Assembly (NCBI GenBank): GCA_010909165.1
Contig: VJWM01000313.1
Span: 1 to 64,000 of the forward strand
DNA: 64,000 nt
Reading direction: 5' to 3'
Source of the DNA: Anthoceros angustus
Taxonomy: Eukaryota > Plantae > Anthocerotophyta
The notes beneath the pieces were generated by a model that saw only the letters and a program-made list of their open reading frames with translations, had not been told where the DNA came from and did no database searches. Of the stretch, positions 35,384-48,399 are shown piece after piece. Positions within the stretch are counted from its first letter, which is position 1. Each line of letters begins with the position of its first letter. The translations under genes were made by a program, and so were the position numbers.

Positions 35384-36461
35384 ATAACAGCGTGTGGGTG
35401 GAAAGGGGTTTCTCCAGTGACCCCATTTTGCACACGCCCGAACTCTTGCGGATGCCAAATTGCAAGCCGAAAAATCCGTATTGAAAACAGCAGTTTTGAA
35501 GAGTTTAGGTCTTATTTACGCATTTACAAATGTATTTGATTTTAAACTTTATCAAATTCTGAGGTATCCTAAAAGAAGGCCACTCTCACGACCCGACGTG
35601 TACCAACATTTACGGTTTTAGGGCCTCTACTTGATTACGATCATAAACAAGTTTGCGCAACAACTTTCACCTCAATCCTAAGACTATACTCTCACTATGT
35701 GAATTCTATAGGACTTTGTTTCTCAAACATTGGCGATAGTATCTTCATTGATCTAATGCTCTTGATCCGCGTGCAATGCGAATGAGATTGGTATGGTAGA
35801 CGCACTTGGAGTGCCAGCGTCTCAAGATTCAAAAGAATGGTTCTCACTACTAGTTCAAAGCTTTGATCACTACAACAAAAGATGAGGGCTAAGTCAAGAT
35901 GAGGACATATTCAAATTAGGGAGGTGCACAAAAAGGGTTGAAAACACCAAAAGGAATCTTTTAAAACAACAAATTAAAAAATTCCAAAAAATGCACGAAA
36001 AGGCCAAAATTTTATAGCAAGTGCACTCACTTGCCCGAGAACCTGAATTTTTCTTTTTTTTTTGGGATGTATTTCGTATGTTTTTGGATTTTTTGCTTAT
36101 TTTGTGCAAATAGGCTTGCACACTCCCACGTTGGGTGCGCAAACCTATCTGCGCACTCATCTCGTTCCGTTTGTTTTCTAACAGAAATGCTTGTATGGGA
36201 TGAAGGGCGGACATGCGAAATAACAGCGATGGTTCTCCTTATTTTCACCCCAAAATTATGTGTCCACCCATGGATGCGGTACATTGAGACCAAATGAAAA
36301 TACAGGGTGTGGGGCCGCGACTTTGAACACCACATTTAAATTAGCAAACACCCTTAAAAAAAGCCTAAAACAAAAGGAATGCGCATTTTTGCCCAAAAAA
36401 CGACGGGATTTTAACCATAACTCCTTTTTGCCGGAGAAACCCCTTTCTACCCAGAGGTTAT
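35384..36461. mobile_element. MITE-like TIR element, copy B
   Basis: Inverted ends tgggtggaaaggggtttctcc and ggagaaacccctttctaccca. Confidence 0.75.
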
Positions 36462-37165
36462 TCTATAACCACATACTTCGTATAAATATTATGTACTTTT
36501 CATTATGATAATCAATGCATAAGATCCTTTGAGCTTGTCCTTGATTCTCGTCATGACTTTCTGTGCATGTTAATCAAACTGCCGGCTACATACACATCGC
36601 CTCTCCTTGTCCTATGGTCCTATGTATGTAGCTGCCTACTAGGATGCAAAGCGCTCTAGAGGAGCAAGGCGGCCATACCTGCACATGCCTGCGGCAGGCT
36701 CACAAATAACGAGAAGGCAATAGATTTGGGTAGAGCCATGCCCTCTTCTTGCACAGCACAATGGAGGAAGGTCTGAATGCCATGCCGGGGATATCCTTGC
36801 ATACGGACTTGGTAAAAAGCATGTAGTGACGGGCTGCCTATTTGATCAATTGATTTGTTGATTGATTAATGCATATATTTTCTTTTCCTTCTATTTTGGT
36901 AGATCACGTGAGATCAAGATCCAAGGAGATAATTGTACGCTATATATGTATGTGCTAGTGGAAAAGACTATCATAAAAAGTAGTTACACTTCTAAGATAG
37001 TATGCTATACATGCATGTCTTAGTATGAAAGACTACCATAAAGAGTAATTCCTCACTATATATCGTGATATCATAGCAAGAAAGATAATATATCATATAA
37101 AGTGAGTATACGCTCTTGCAAAAATTAGCACTTGTTCTTGCAAAGAACCAATTTGATAGTTCAAA

Positions 37166-37680
37166 ATGAAATCAAAACAAAACTCCATGAACTTTCTAAA
37201 GCCGTTCTGGGTCTTAGAAGTAATGCATGTGATGAGGATAGCAATGGAAAAGAAAGCAAGAAGCCTATGAAAGGGTACATAGTTGTGGAGTGGGGATGAA
37301 AGGATTAGGTTTCCTCTTTCAATGGACGAGCTCAACCATGCCTTGTTCAGCCCTTATTAGACTATACTGGCTGAGTTTGGCTTTCTTCAAAAGGCAACTT
37401 GCGATTCCTTGCAATGTAGAGTTGTTCAAGAGATTGCTTCAATTTATCAGGAGTAAGCCACCGATACCAACTTCAACCTATCAAAGCATTCTTCATCATC
37501 ATTGCACACGAAAGTTGGCTTTATGTCACAAGTGTCAGGAGCTGAACCCTATTGAGTAGATTCCTCTTTCATAACGTTGTAGTCCCTAGTAGTTGTGCGC
37601 ACGTAATGATGGGAGAATATGCAAACATGAGAATCAAGGTTGGAAGAATATGCGGACGATTGTGTCAAATATGCTTAGTT
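37166..37680 (+). pseudogene. SAUR: SAUR family gene, copy B, with small indels
   Basis: Same sequence as 6655 onward. No TAA at the copy-A stop position, but 1-2-nt deletions at ~37290, ~37350 and ~37368. Confidence 0.88.
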
Positions 37681-40600
37681 TCAACTCGAAAAGTTAGCTT
37701 AGCCATAATTTTATTACTTTATTTTCAAAGCGAACCTCCCGAGAATATGAAGGTAGAAAATTGTAAGTTAGATTTTTAAGTTACAAGACTTCATGGAATG
37801 CGAAGACAACACTCCATCACTTCCATGGTGAACTACACATGTGTGGTAGATCTCTTGGGCGAGCAAGAGAACTTGTGAGGCGTGATATTAACATGCTCTC
37901 GAAAATCGCGGCGGACCACATTATTTAGTATACCAAGTGCAGATTTGGTGTTGAATGATATTGATATTTTTAGAAATTAAAATTATTTAATCTTTAGGGC
38001 TAGAAGTAGTTTAATTGATTACTTAATTGGTTATTTGGTTACAACAACCTATAACCTACTTCACAAATATTATATACTTTCTATTATTATAATCAATGCA
38101 TAAGATCCTTTGAGCAAGTCCTTGATTCTCTTCATGGTTTTGAGCACAGGCGATTTTTGTACTAGTGTAGAGGATACATCCTCTGTATCATCAATGACAC
38201 ATATTGCAAGATGCCAAAACCTAGGACTTTGGCCGCGGTCCACGCTAATGTGTGTGATATGAGGAGGATGTCAATAACACCACCGCCATTTGGACTCATC
38301 TACTCGGGTACGAGAGGCAAAGCTTAGCAATTTCCCTCATGCCTTTGCCACTCATGCTCACTATCCAATCAGCGGAATGTAGCGTCGAGAGATCACGCTT
38401 CACTCACAACTCACTCGGTGTGGTAAGAGCTTCTAGATCCTTTTCAAAGCGGAGATGACTAGACAAGCAAGATACTGTGAACTTATGGAGCTTTCCTCGT
38501 GCTTGTCCGTCAGTCAGTCTGAGATGCCAAAAGTTGCTACTATCGAGAGATGTTGCTGTTGATCGTGTTTAGGGTGTGGTAGGAAAACCAGGGCACTCGA
38601 GACTCTCCCACTATAATGACCACACTTATCCCACTTTGTCACTTGTCGTTGGGTTTCGTCCCATGAGACTTGTGTGAAAGTTCGAGGCCTTGTGCGATGC
38701 CGTCGCTACTGCGAGAGACACACTTCTCAGCCTTCTAAAGCAAGGCGCCCTCTACTCACCCCCGGTGCCCTGCACCGAAAAATCACCAATCCTCGACCTA
38801 CAGCGACACAACACAATTGCGAGGTCACGCCTTAGCGAGGAGCCTATCACGGGCGCCAGGGACCCCCAGTCCACACCGATTTCGTCCCTACTTCTAAGAC
38901 CACTCTTCTCCACTCGGGGCGCTCTTTTACTTGATTTGGGATTCGTCCCTTAGGCTCACATGGCCTTCCACTAACACCTACACCTCTAATCCTCTACTCA
39001 TCTCCTCATCCTCTTCCTCCTATTCTAACCTCGATTCGGGCTTCTTGGGACTAGCCCTTGCAGCTGGCACAGGGTCGGCCTCCACCGGCAAGTTCTTCCT
39101 TGGGCGGTTGCTATGAGTTTGACACGGCGAGAACCTCCGAGTCTTTCCTGTAGTCTACCCTCAAGCCGAGAGTTCACAGGCATTGCCACACACCCAAAGC
39201 AAAGCAATTTCACAGCAACCATTCACAAGGGGGCAACTCGTTTAGGCACTTGCGGAGCAAGTCCTCCACCAAGCACTCAGACCACCGCGACTTCCTCTCT
39301 ACGACTGCGTTGGCTCACGGCCGAAATTCCTCTGTAATGGCAAAGGACTCGATGGGGTGGGCGCAAGGCGTGATACTTTACTTTGTGAAATCCTCCTCCT
39401 CTTATAGGAGGCCTTCCACATACAACCTCCCTTGGTGACCCTCTGCGGTCACCTTTTCCAATTTTCTATTATTTCCTACACTTGACATTTAAGGCTGGCA
39501 TCTAAATCTCGTTGGTAAATTCTATTCTAGCAACTTCACCTAGATCATCCTTTAAAGGATGTCGACTTACATCACTGTCCTTTCTATTCTTCTATCTAGC
39601 ATTTATGGTCTTTGACCATATCTAGTCTTCACCTTTTGGGGCGGGCCGTCCGTTGTGGATTGGCTCCCTCGCCCTCCTTTTTGCTCTTGCCCTTCCCGGC
39701 TTGTCATCTTCCTAATGTGTGGGGCAAGTACAATCTTGCCCTTCCTCCATCTCGTAGCGGCCATTCCTCCATCATCCAGCAATCGCCCCCTCCGCTCGGG
39801 CGCCTTTTCTCCAGCCTCGCTGGTGGCGCCTCATCATCGGCACCCTACCGCGGTAGTCGGACTACGGGGTGACTTCTACCATGGTAGTCGATCTTCCCTT
39901 CTTCTCCATCGGCGATGCCTCTGTTGGATCTTCTTGCTCCTTCCTCTTGTTTGGTTTGTCCATACCTATCATGGAGCATCTTCAAGTCTTCCCCTCAATG
40001 TCGGATTTCCACTAATCCTTGGGCCTTTTTGCATCCTCTCCTCACAGCTGGCCTTCCCTTGCTCGTGGGGTGAGACTTCTCACCTCCTTCTCTCTTGGTG
40101 GGATCCGTCAGTCTCCTCAGGTGGGTTGTCTCTCCCCCCACCTCCTCTGCGGGGGTGTCACTACCCCGGCTCCTTCCTTCCTCGGCCCCAGCGGCGACTC
40201 CCCAGCCAGCCGCCTTCCACCGGTGGTCGGCGGACTACGTGGGGTGGTATCTACCCCGGTAGTCAGCGGACTACCGTGGTGGGATCCTCCGTGGTGGTGA
40301 CCCCCAGGTGGGCTGTCCCCCCTCCTTGCTCTCCCGCCACCCTTCGCTTGGCGCTCCTCCTTCCTCCAGTTCCTCGGAGTCCATGTCACTTGTGGCCTCA
40401 TCAAATCGAGGCCTTCCGGCTGCACTGCTGACTCCTTCATCATCATCATGAGGACCCAATGTCCTCCTCTTGGCCAAGCAAGATCTCATTGGCCTTCAAA
40501 ATCTATTGTGAGGTGAGCCCCAAGCTATGATATTGCATTTGGAGATCATCAATCTCCAGGCCATCTCCATCTCACACCTACCCTTGTAGGATCTCTTGTG

Positions 40601-41278
40601 GTCAATTCTCCCACCTTGACATGGAGGTTACATTCTCCTCCCTTGCTTCTTGGTGGCTGGCCAATTTTGCTGAAGGGCATAATGCCAAAATCTCCTCTTC
40701 CTCACCACATCACATGTACCACCTTTCTTGTGGTACTCCTCCTCTTGGAACCTCCTTTGTTCCCTTACCATTGTTAAAGTCTCTCCTTCTCACTTGCCCT
40801 CTTCCCTCGCTCTAGCTCTCTTGTACTGCTGATCTTGAGCCTTTAGCTCAGCGCTTCTCTTCAAATTGAGCGGTCTTCGCAATTCTTCTTGTCCGGATCT
40901 TGATGGCTTGTAGCCATCACTGCTCTTGCGTCCATTCTTTGGACGCTACCTTCTCCTTAGAGCCTCGTTTGTTTTGCCCTTCGCTCTTGCTCTAATTGGG
41001 CAAAAGTGCTCCTCATATACATCTCCATGAGTCCCTTTGGGTTGTTGAATCTCTTTCTCTTTGACAACCTTCCCTCCGGACCTTCTCCATGGCGCGTTGA
41101 TCCACAATCGGCTGAGCTTCTCTGACCTTCTCCAACTTGGCTGCCTTCTCGTCGGACTCCATGGCTTCAATTGCCACTTGGTCCTGCTTTCCTCCCATGT
41201 CTTGGGCTTTCACTTCTTCTTGGCATGCCCACAAGGCTGCTAGCTCCTAGCCCCTTCAAAATCCACATGGTGAGTGCT

Positions 41279-44200
41279 TGTAAGGTATTAAAGCCCAAGA
41301 CTAATACACTTAGTCTAAGTTAGGTGTCGATTAAGTATCATTAGTTTAGCTTAAGCTAATCACTAGGAAGCTTCTTGTGCTCCTTCCTAGGAGCTTCTTG
41401 TGGAGCTTCTAGGAGCTATTGGAGGTATAAATACCTCCAAGCCTCATCTCAATGTGAGAGCTACTCTTGCCTCCTCCTCTCCTCTCCTCTTTCCACCATG
41501 GCGCCACCATCCTTCAACCGGTATCGAGCCATGGTTTGGTTGTGTTGTGATGCTAGAATTTTCTAGTGCAGGCGGTGACTCGTGGAATTGCGTGATCCAG
41601 ATCGCGGTGGGTGACGCGCGGCGAGCGTGGCGGGCGGGCCGTGGCGCGACGCGAGCGAGCGGCAGGCGCGTGGCCGTCGGGCCTTGGCGCGAGCGCGCGC
41701 AGCCGGCCGCGGGGCGGCGCGCGGGCGCGGCGCGGCGGAGCGCGGGCGCGGCGCGGCTGGCAGCGGGGCGTGCGGGCGCGGCGCCCGCGCCGCCAGAGGC
41801 CGCAGCCCAGGCGCGGCGCCCGCGCGCGCCCGCGAGCCCTGAGCCCGCGCCCGCGCGCTGGCGCGCGGCGCCGGCCCAGCGGCCGAGGCGCCGGCCGCGG
41901 GCGCGGCCGAGCGCCCCGCAGGGCCCATGGCCGGCGCCGGCCAGCGGCTGAGCCCGCGGCGCCGCCCGCAGCGCGGCGCGCAGCCGCGGCGCTGCAGGCG
42001 CGGCGCTGGCCACCCGCGCAAGCGGGCGGCCAGCGCGCGCCGGCCGCGAGGTGCGCGTGGCGGTGGTGGCCGCGGCGGGCCGTCGGCGGCGCGGTGGCGC
42101 GCGGCGTGCGCGGCGGTGGCGTGCAGCAGCGGGCGCGAGGCAGTGCAGCGCGGGGCGGTGAGCGGTGTCGAAAATTTATTCGGCGGAATACTCAGGTGGA
42201 ATAGTCAACGGCAAAATACACGGACCGCACGGTGACTGTTTTCTTCTTTGACTTTTCTGACAAGGCGAGTCGAGTGTTTTATCTGTATCGATTTTTGAGT
42301 CATGATGTCTTCATCATCAGAAAACGTCATGTTCAATATCGAGAAGTTAGATGGTACTAACTTCCCGTTCTGGAAAGAACAAGTGTATAATGTTCTAGTG
42401 CAGAAAAAGCAGATCAAGCCCATAAAGTTGTTAGGCGTCAAACCAGATAGTATGACACAGGATGAGTGGCAGGACCTGGATGAGCTTGCTAGATCTACTA
42501 TCATGCTAACATGGTTAAAAACGGTGTAGTTCAATGTGAAAGATAAGACCACAAGTTACGGTGTGGCGGTATGTGACTGTGAGAAGCAAAGTGCGGCTTC
42601 TCGGTGTATTGGTTGAAACAGCTGGTGGACTTGAAGATGAAGGAAGGGACGAGGATGTCCGATCATCGAATGATTTCAATACCATTTTCAGCCACTCTCA
42701 TCTCAAGGTATCACGTTCCCGTTAGTGAGAGCTATGTTTATTGGTCACATTACGGGAGTTGGGACACCTTCGTAAACTCGAGTAATTACACTTTGCTAGT
42801 GGTCTTACCATTGTAAATGTAGAAGGTAGCACGTGGCGAGGAGGTGAGCATGGAACATGGTTCCGGTGCCCTCATAGGAGGGAGGTCCAGCGGACAGCTT
42901 TCTCTGCAAATCTAGTCGTAACAAGAATGTGGAGTGTCACTATTGTCACAAAGGGTCACTTCAAAGAGAGTGCGAGAAGTTCAAAAGGACCAAGGAAAAG
43001 AGAAGCGGGGACAAGGCGACTTAAATGCATCGAGTTGGAAGAGTTAAACTACGTTGAGGACGGAGATGTCCTTATCTCTTCTTACTTGAATCTTTGCACA
43101 ATTAACGGCCGTGGATAGTCATTTATTACGCAATTGGATAATTGACTCGGTGCATCTTTCCATGTTACTCCGCGAGAGTGGTTTAACACGTATGATGCTA
43201 CAAGGAAAGGATGCGTTAGGCTTGGAAATAACTATGCATGCGGATCGCGTGGGTGATGTGCAACTCAAGTTTGACAACGGATCTTCATTCATCTGAAGGG
43301 CGTTAGGCATGTTCGAAGTTGACAAGAGCATGATTAGCGCGGGGCGGTTGGATGATCTTTGGTTACCACCTTGGTTTGGGGATCACTCTTGGAAGATCTC
43401 CAAAGGTTCTCTTGTGTTAGCTCGTGGATCGAAGTGTGGCACTTTGTACTCACTTGAGTAAACATCAAAGATCATGTGATCGTGAGCAAATGTTTCCTTG
43501 TGGCATTGCGGTTAGGACATATGTCTCGAGAAGGGAATGAAGGTTTTATCTCGTTACGGTTATATCCTGTTAACTTCTCGATCTCTCGATGTGTGAGCAC
43601 TGTTTATATGGGAAGCAGACAAAATCATCACATCGAACAAAGGTAAAAGTAGGGTAAACCTCTTGAGTTGGTTCACGTGATGTATGTGGACCTATGCTCA
43701 CAGCATCATTAGGCGGTGCCTCTTATTTTGTCACTTTCATAGATGATTTCTCACGCAAGGTGTGGGTTTATCCTTTGAGGAAAAAGGATGAAGTTCGGCG
43801 GTGTTTGAAATTTGTCACCCTTGTAGAGAATCGGTCGCCACCGATTGAAGTGTCTAAGGGGAGATAATGGTGGAGTATGTTTGAAAGCTTTCCGGTCATT
43901 CGTGATTCCAAGGAATCGAGAATTATGCGTATCTCCTCCACAAAATGGTGTGGTGGCGGATGAAACCCATTCGGAGAGGATGCGTAGTTTGTTGTCAAAC
44001 TCGGATTGCCTAATGGGTTTTGGGCGACGGTGTCTCTGCAGTTCATCTTATTAACATCTCCTAATAAAATTTGATGAGTTCGAGCTATGGAAAGAAACCA
44101 TCCTACAAGCATCTGCGAGTGTTTGGGTACATGAGGCATCATGTTCCAAAAGAGTTTCGGGACAAGTTGGCACCTAAGTCCAAGAAATGTATTTTTCTTG

Positions 44201-46208
44201 GCTATGGTGATTCGGTGAGATGGGATACGTTTGTGGGATCCGAGGCTAGAAAGGTTGTTATTTCGACGTGTTCTTCAATGAGAACAAGATGCAAGCCTAC
44301 TCCAAGCGTGGAGGTGCGAAGGGTGATCTTCCAAGAAGATGGACATGATCATCATGGCGGTTGATAGCATGGTAATGTGTGAGCACATTCCTCCGATAGA
44401 TGAACCAAGAGTCGAACAAGCACCTATAGGTGCATGCTTCGTGGGTCGAGATTACACGACCTCACGGGTATGATCCATCTCGGATTATGTTATCGGATTG
44501 TGGGGAACCCTCTTCTTACAAAGAGGCTCATGTCGGTAACAAAGAGAAGTGGGAGAAGGCCATCGAAATGAATTGCATAAGAACCAAACTTGGGAGTTGG
44601 TTGTTGCCTAAGGATAAGAAGGCACTACCTGCAAATGGGTGTACAAGATGAAGGTCATACCGATGGCAAACCAAAGTACAAGTTGGTTGCTAAGGGTTTC
44701 AAGCAACAACCGCATTGACTTTGATGAGATTTTCTCACCGTAGTCAAAATGACAACTTTGCGATGTGTTCTTGCTTTGGTTGCGAGGATGATATGGAACT
44801 TATGCGGATGGATGTCAAGGGCATTCTTGCATGGTGACCTTCAAGAGGACGTCTACATGCAACGAAGGTTTTGTTGAGAAGGGCAAAGAATCGGTGTGCG
44901 AGTTGAGGAAGAGCCTTTATGGTTTGAAGCAGGCGAGTGGTATCACAAGTTCCACTCATTTATGCTTTCTCAAGGCTACAAGCGTAGCGATGAGGATCAT
45001 TGCCTCTATCTGAAGCAAGCTAAGGATCAAAGCTTGCTCATTTTGATCCTCTATGTGGATGATATGCTAATTCGCGATCTTGATGATTTGTTGAAGTCAA
45101 AGTTGAATGCTCACTTTGAAATAAGACTTGGGAGGCGAGCCATATACTTGGCATGCGTATTCGGAGCAGACATAAGCGTCACTTTATTTGTCTCGACGGA
45201 ATACGTGCTTCAACGTTTCAACATGGAGAAGGGAAGCCATTGGGTACTCCATTGCCTCCATATGTGAAACTTTCAAGCGCGGATTGCCCAAGCTACGAGG
45301 AGGACAAAGTGAAATGGAGAAGGTCCCATACTCATCGGTGTAGGGAGTTTGATGTATGCAATGATTGCTACGTCCGACATTGCCTTTGCGGTGGGAGTGG
45401 TTAGCGGTTTATGTCAAACGGCAAGAAGCATTGGGAGGCGATAAAAGGAGTTATGAGGTATCGAATGGTACAAAAGCTTTGTGCATATGTTTTGGTAGTG
45501 AAGATGCATGTGGTTGGGTACGAGATCGATTATCACGGATATGGACAAAGGTCCACATCAGTTATGTCTTCATTGCTTGGAGGCGATCTCATGGCGATCT
45601 CGTTTGCGATCGTGCATTCGCTATCTACCAGGCCGAGTATGTTGCAAGCGAGGCTTGCAAGGAAGCCATATGGCTTTCGTTTAGTGGAGACTTGGGGATC
45701 AAGGTTGGGTGTTGCATTGTGATAGCAGTGCTATCAATTGGCAAAGAATCCGATGTTTCATGCGAAGACTAAACATGTGGATGTGAAGTATCACTTCATT
45801 CGAGAGGTGTTGGATGACGAGGGTACAACTTGTCAAGGTTCACACCGGCGAACCTGCGATATTCTTACCAAGGGACTCTCTACGACAATTTGCACAAGCT
45901 CGGACGATGGGCATGAGATAGTCCATTCTCCTGAAGGTAAATTGGCCTTTAAGTGGGAGGTTGTAAGGGTATTAAAGCCCAATGTACTTAGACTAATACA
46001 CTTAGTCTAAGTTAGGTGTCGATTAAGTATCATTAGTTTAGCTTAAGCTAATCACTAGGAAGCTTCTTGTGCTCCTTCCTAGCTTCTTGTGGAGCTTCCT
46101 AGGGAGCCTATTGGAGGTATAAATACCCTCCAAGCCTCATCTCAATGTGAGAGCTACTCTTGCCTCCTCCTCTCCTCTCCTCTTTCCCACCATGGCTGCC
46201 CACGATCC
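41279..46208 (+). mobile_element. Ty1/copia element, copy B
   Basis: LTRs at 41279-41516 and 45962-~46208; PBS ggtatcgagcc at ~41520; gag MMSSSSENVMFNIEKLDGTNFPFWKEQ (42302); RT LILYVDDMLI. Confidence 0.93.
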
Positions 46209-48399
46209 TGCTTCACAAGCACTCGGCCAATTCTCCTAGGGTGGTCCCTTTGGCTTGCTGAAATTTGCTCCTTGACTCTGCGGGCCATCAGCTGGATCCC
46301 TCACGTCGCTCCATCGCCCTTCCTCCAAGGCGGGTAGTGGTGCCTGGCCCCCGGGCCTTCTTTTGTTCTCCTTTCCTTCTCTCCTACCGTGAGAACCTGG
46401 CGTGGGTGCCCCTGCGGTGAGCTGCTCCCCTGGGTAGGTGCCTACCACCTAGTGGTGGCTGTTGCGGCGCGCTCTTCAGCTATTCTCCTTCCCTTCTCTC
46501 ACCAGGTGCACCTTTCTGGGTGTTAACGCCTACCCGTGAGTGAGCGCTCCCCTGGCGGTGGCCTACCTACCGTGGTATGCTACTACCACGATAGCCCACC
46601 CTCTTGGGTGGTGCCTCCCTAGGGTGGTGTGCCTCACTAGGCACAAGCGAGATGGTGGGGACTCCCCACCCGGGTATCCCCTCCTGTGGTAGTTCTCCTC
46701 TCATAGACTACCATTTGGGATTATCTCAAGAGGATGTGCATCTCCTTCCAACTCCTTGCTTGTGAGAAGCCCTTGGTTTCCACAAATGCACCAAATAGGT
46801 GCTAAGGTAGCAGGCCTTGGCCTTCCTCATCCACAATTTGGCTTGAGGAGCTTCTCCGGTGGTGGATGTAGGCCTCATACATGATGGTCCCCAATCGGCT
46901 TGGCTCCTCGAAATCTTCCACAAAATTGGAGGAAGTTGGTCTTTGAAATAAGGGCGTTGGTTACCAACCCCAACACAATCTTTGAAGAGCCTCCACTTGA
47001 CTCCTTGATGCTCTCTTTTCCAGCCATTCTTGGCGTGGGCCTTCACTCCTCCATCCATCATGTCGAGGAACTCCTGCGGAATGTCGGAGGGCGTCCTCTT
47101 CCTCCATTCGACCTTTCGAGGAGCAATTCGAGCTCTCCTCCGGTCTCCCCACAGCCGAATGCTCCTTACGGTCCGGCGAGGATCCGTTCGAGCATTCCTT
47201 CGGTCGCGGGGTGCCGATTGATGGAGGTTGATGTAACACTCCTCAATCAATTCCAAATTGGTGTAGGCCCATTGGCGGCCATACACCCATCCCAGTGGAT
47301 GTTCTCCTCCTCTCGCCTTGCGAAAATCACTAAATCCACAGGGTTGGGCTGAGCAAAGCAAGTGAATTGGGCATCAAGCTCACCTCCTCGTGGCCCCTCT
47401 CTTCTTTCCTTTCCTTCTCGCGAGGAGAGCCTTTGCCAGCGGCTCCTTCCCTTGCCTTTTCCTCCTCGAGGCATGGCGCGTCTTCCTTTCAAGTGCAAGG
47501 AGAATTACTTCCCAATGCAAATTGGTGCTCCAAACTTCTCTTCAAACACTTCTCCTTGGGTAGCAACCACACTTCACACTGCACGTTGCTCCAGTCTTTC
47601 TGCGGTTGCCTCCTCCCGTTGTCCTTCTTCGGGCGGGCGCCGCGCCGATTTTCCGCTCTTCACGCCTTCAATTCTATGACCCACTTACCGTGCTTTGCTT
47701 CGGCGCTTCCACACTTTCCTCTCCGATTGGCGTGGCGGCTTCTCCCACTGCTCGCGGCACTCCGCGTTTTCCTTCCACGGTCGCTCCGCCTCGCGGTTGT
47801 TGGTCTCCTTCGATGGGCGCGCGCCCCGCGCCACCCGGCTTGCTCGTGGCGATGGCGGCCTCTCTTCTCGCGATGGCGGTCTTCCTTCCTTTTGTTCGTT
47901 TCGCGGCTCGCTCTTGTTCTTGAAGTGGAAGCGCGCCCAAAGCGCACTTTGCCCTCCTTGGATGTACGGCGGCTGCACCCTAGATTGGGTTCATCATTCC
48001 AAAATCCTAATTCTATCTAAACTACCTATTTTCCTATCACGCTATCCTAATTAACTTTCTAATTACTCTATATATTTATTCCCTATTGGTGAGCATATAT
48101 AGTGGATATCCCCTCTATTCTAAATTTCCTTTTGGCGAGATTTGTCGACCTACCGCGGTAGTCGCGGCTTACTGATTGCTCCCCCTCACCTAGGCGTGGT
48201 GTGGCGACCTACGGTGTACCGACCTACCAACCTTCGGTTGCCCTCACCTCGCAAATTCGTTTGACCCGTTCTTCTTCTGGGATATCCTCTTTCTTCCTAA
48301 CAATATCCTACAACTCTAGCTTCAAGATTCTCGAAATTTTGGCATGCTCCTCTTCAATCGTTCTAGCCAAAAAATCAAACTTGTTGTCTTGGCTCTTTT